This document shows, in pieces, positions 35,335 through 37,036 of a DNA stretch of 37,036 nucleotides. The notes below the pieces were generated by a model, which was given only the letters and a program-made list of their open reading frames with translations, had not been told where the DNA came from and did not search any database. Every line of letters starts with the position of its first letter. Position 1 is the first letter of the stretch. This stretch comes from Planctomyces sp. (lineage in GTDB: Bacteria; Planctomycetota; Planctomycetia; Planctomycetales; Planctomycetaceae): assembly GCA_005809115.1 (NCBI GenBank), contig SYLK01000433.1, forward strand, positions 1-37,036. Direction: 5' to 3'. Made by a program: the position numbers and the translations under genes.

Positions 35335-35907
35335 TCAGGACGGAGCCTGCTCGAACAGGTGCCTCAGATGATCGAGAATTTCCGGCTCTTCCTTGAGTTC
35401 CACGAGCGGCTGCAACTCTCTGATCACCAGCTCACGATCGAGACTGCCGGCCTGCCGACGAATGACATGCTGGATATCAATCCAGTCCTGTGGCCGACTG
35501 GCGAATGCCTTGAGTACGACAAGATCTTCAGCGCTGCATGTCCGGATCGTGCCGGCGCCCGGTGATCCCCAGGCTGAAGCTCGTGCCACCAGCCGATGTT
35601 CATAGGGCATGCCGCCGAGCGACAGGTCGATTCCGAAGCCGGAAATGTCCTGCACAAGCAGCACTCGAGCCTGCAATGCAAATGAAACAGGATCGGCAAT
35701 TCGCGGCTGATATCTTCTGAGTACAGCGCGAACGACGGGCATTTCCTGGCCAAAGTCGGCGATCACCGTACCATCAAGATCCCGGGTCATCCTCGGTTCG
35801 CCCCAGCGCTGACAGGCGATACCGCCGATGAAACAGAACGCCAGACTTTCGGATGCCAGAAACTCCTGCAAGTCGCGGGCTGCATCCCAGAGCGCCCCCG
35901 GGATCAT
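35335..35907 (-). CDS. Minimal nucleotidyltransferase-fold protein (AbiEii/MenT-like toxin candidate)
   Basis: FIGGIACQRWGEPRMTRDLDGTV matches the GG-x-A...R-x-T-x-D-x-D pattern. The later LVVLKAFASRPQDWIDIQHV matches K..A..R..D..D. An ATGA overlap couples it to the upstream 76-aa ORF. Its stop codon lies 10 nt from the wzm start. Confidence 0.5.
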   Translation of the reverse strand: MIPGALWDAARDLQEFLASESLAFCFIGGIACQRWGEPRMTRDLDGTVIADFGQEMPVVRAVLRRYQPRIADPVSFALQARVLLVQDISGFGIDLSLGGMPYEHRLVARASAWGSPGAGTIRTCSAEDLVVLKAFASRPQDWIDIQHVIRRQAGSLDRELVIRELQPLVELKEEPEILDHLRHLFEQAPS

Positions 35908-36134
35908 TGCTCCTGATCCGGAGGCCGCATCAGATTCAGGACACGCAATCGCATCATCCAGGCCTGAAAGGCGACAAGTCCGCTGGACTGAACGTGTGGA
36001 CGGCTGCCGCCGCGCAGCAGATCGAGTCCGGCAGCCTCGTCCAGCCTGGACAGCTCCTCATCGCGGATTCGCTGGAGCTCGGGTCCGGCGAATCGCCACG
36101 CTGCAATCCACTGTTTTTCAATGTCCGTGGGCAT
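35904..36134 (-). CDS. Small hypothetical protein (76 aa), possible cognate antitoxin
   Basis: An ATG-initiated ORF is translationally coupled (ATGA at 35904-35907) to the NTase-fold gene. It looks helical (WIAAWRFAGPELQRIRDEELSRLDEAAG). No family was recognised. Confidence 0.35.
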   Translation of the reverse strand: MPTDIEKQWIAAWRFAGPELQRIRDEELSRLDEAAGLDLLRGGSRPHVQSSGLVAFQAWMMRLRVLNLMRPPDQEQ

Positions 36135-36212
36135 TACGAGCAGTCAGCTCCTGACAGCGCCTGTCGGCCACTCGGAACCTGCGATTTCCGGACGGCAGTC
36201 CCATTGAGGACT

Positions 36213-36716
36213 CTACCCCAGTGGATCACTGATCAGCTGTTGCAGGCGACAGGCGAGTTCCGACGGGAAACGAGGCGCCCACGACTCATCGATCAGCCCC
36301 ACCTCCAGCATATCACGCAGGTGCATCCGATCCTTGTCTCGAAAAACATTGATCTTCATGCGAACCAGGGCCTCCAATGTCAATGTGCGATGTGCCTCAA
36401 TCATGACGGACTCATTGACATCGGGAGCTGCGACAAGATCACTGTCGCGAACCTTTTCTTCAGCCATCAGCGCATGCACGGCGTCTCGCTCCTTCGCATC
36501 GACCCCATCCAGAAACATGTCGAGACCCGCTGAATGCCGATAGACGAAACCGGCCTGCTCCATCGCAGTAATCACCCGCGGGAGATCAGCGCGTCGCAGC
36601 AGAATGTCGACATCTCGCGTGGTGCGAACTGCCGCCTCATCAACTTGCACGGCTCGATTCATCCGGTCCCAGAGGGCTTGTCCCGTGAGATGAAATTCCA
36701 CCATCAGTTGCAGCAA
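36213..36716 (-). CDS. Nucleotidyltransferase-fold protein, second copy (N-terminally short)
   Basis: RTTRDVDILL and LVRMKINVFRDKDRMHLRDML match the same NTase pattern. The ORF opens only 3 codons after an in-frame TGA, with a TTG at 36716 or an ATG at 36704. The region before the catalytic motif is therefore unusually short. Confidence 0.45.
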   Translation of the reverse strand: MLQLMVEFHLTGQALWDRMNRAVQVDEAAVRTTRDVDILLRRADLPRVITAMEQAGFVYRHSAGLDMFLDGVDAKERDAVHALMAEEKVRDSDLVAAPDVNESVMIEAHRTLTLEALVRMKINVFRDKDRMHLRDMLEVGLIDESWAPRFPSELACRLQQLISDPLG

Positions 36717-36955
36717 TTCTGCTCAGGAATTCCAGACTGTCCGGCAACAGGGGAACTGACTTCGGCTTCGGCTCGCAGCACGCAAGGTGAGACAATCGAC
36801 GGCGATTGACCGGTCAGGACCGGCCAAAAAATCAGTTGAACAAACTCATGAAAACTTCGGCCGCATGAATCCTGCACCTCGAATTCGGATTCGCTGGATC
36901 AGTTCATCAGCTGGCCGATGATTTCATGCAGCAATTTTACGGTCAAAACGAAACA

Positions 36956-37035
36956 TTCAGGTCCAGCCGCTGTCACACACCAGCGTGATTCCGGTCAGGG
37001 CGGCGCTGCGCTTCCCTGACCAGAATATTTGTTCA
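36956..37035 (-). CDS. Possible C-terminal end of a short-chain dehydrogenase/reductase; the gene body lies outside the window
   Basis: The minus-strand frame reads EQIFWSGKRSAALTGITLVCDSGWT-stop. This resembles the SDR C-terminal ...S.ITGQ.L.VDGGW motif. Only 25 codons are visible. The printed sequence ends at 37035. Confidence 0.3.
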
Positions 37036-37036
37036 A

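Noticed and set aside
1-37036. A scan for rRNA, tRNA, CRISPR arrays, transposases, integrases, att-like direct repeats and phage genes.
   Set aside because: No cloverleaf-like or rRNA-like sequence was recognised in the non-coding gaps. No regularly spaced repeat arrays longer than the 4-unit heptamer are present. No DDE or tyrosine/serine recombinase motifs were recognised in the ORF translations. The locus does not look like a classic mobile island, although base composition could not be computed here.

Overview
GC-rich window, probably from a Planctomycetota-type genome. That guess rests on a DUF1501 gene fragment, a PEP-CTERM/exosortase pair and 90-bp palindromic intergenic repeats. All family calls come from reading motifs in the supplied translations; no HMM or BLAST search was run. 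Layout: (1) The left arm on the + strand (1-5.8 kb) holds the DUF1501 3' fragment and a monocistronic PEP-CTERM protein gene with its own RBS and terminator. These are followed by an exosortase fused to an EpsI-like C-terminal domain, and a long TPR protein. Two direct copies of a ~90-bp palindromic REP-like element bracket the PEP-CTERM/exosortase pair. (2) Converging on it is a roughly 29-kb minus-strand glycan operon (35324 down to 6178) that ends at a hairpin plus T-run terminator. Many gene junctions are 4-nt ATGA/TTGA overlaps. It encodes the Wzm/Wzt ABC exporter, nine glycosyltransferases and a Wzy/WaaL-like polytopic membrane protein. It also carries a WbpB/WbpD/WbpE-like diamino-sugar module next to a HisH/HisF/WbpG-like acetamidino module, two paralogous O-acetyltransferases, an FkbM methyltransferase and a NodU/CmcH carbamoyltransferase. 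A phosphopentomutase, a sugar-1-P nucleotidyltransferase, a membrane-anchored Asp-box (BNR) protein and an apparently internally deleted Uma2 nuclease gene complete the set. (3) The right edge carries two minimal nucleotidyltransferase-fold genes and a 76-aa partner (AbiEii/MenT-like toxin-antitoxin architecture) that directly abut wzm, plus a possible SDR C-terminal fragment. The most interesting signal is a 256-aa gene wedged between wzm and wzt. It is a clear paralog of the EpsI-like domain fused to the exosortase 30 kb away, which suggests PEP-CTERM sorting is coupled to ABC-transporter-dependent glycan export. No rRNA, tRNA, CRISPR array, transposase or integrase was recognised.
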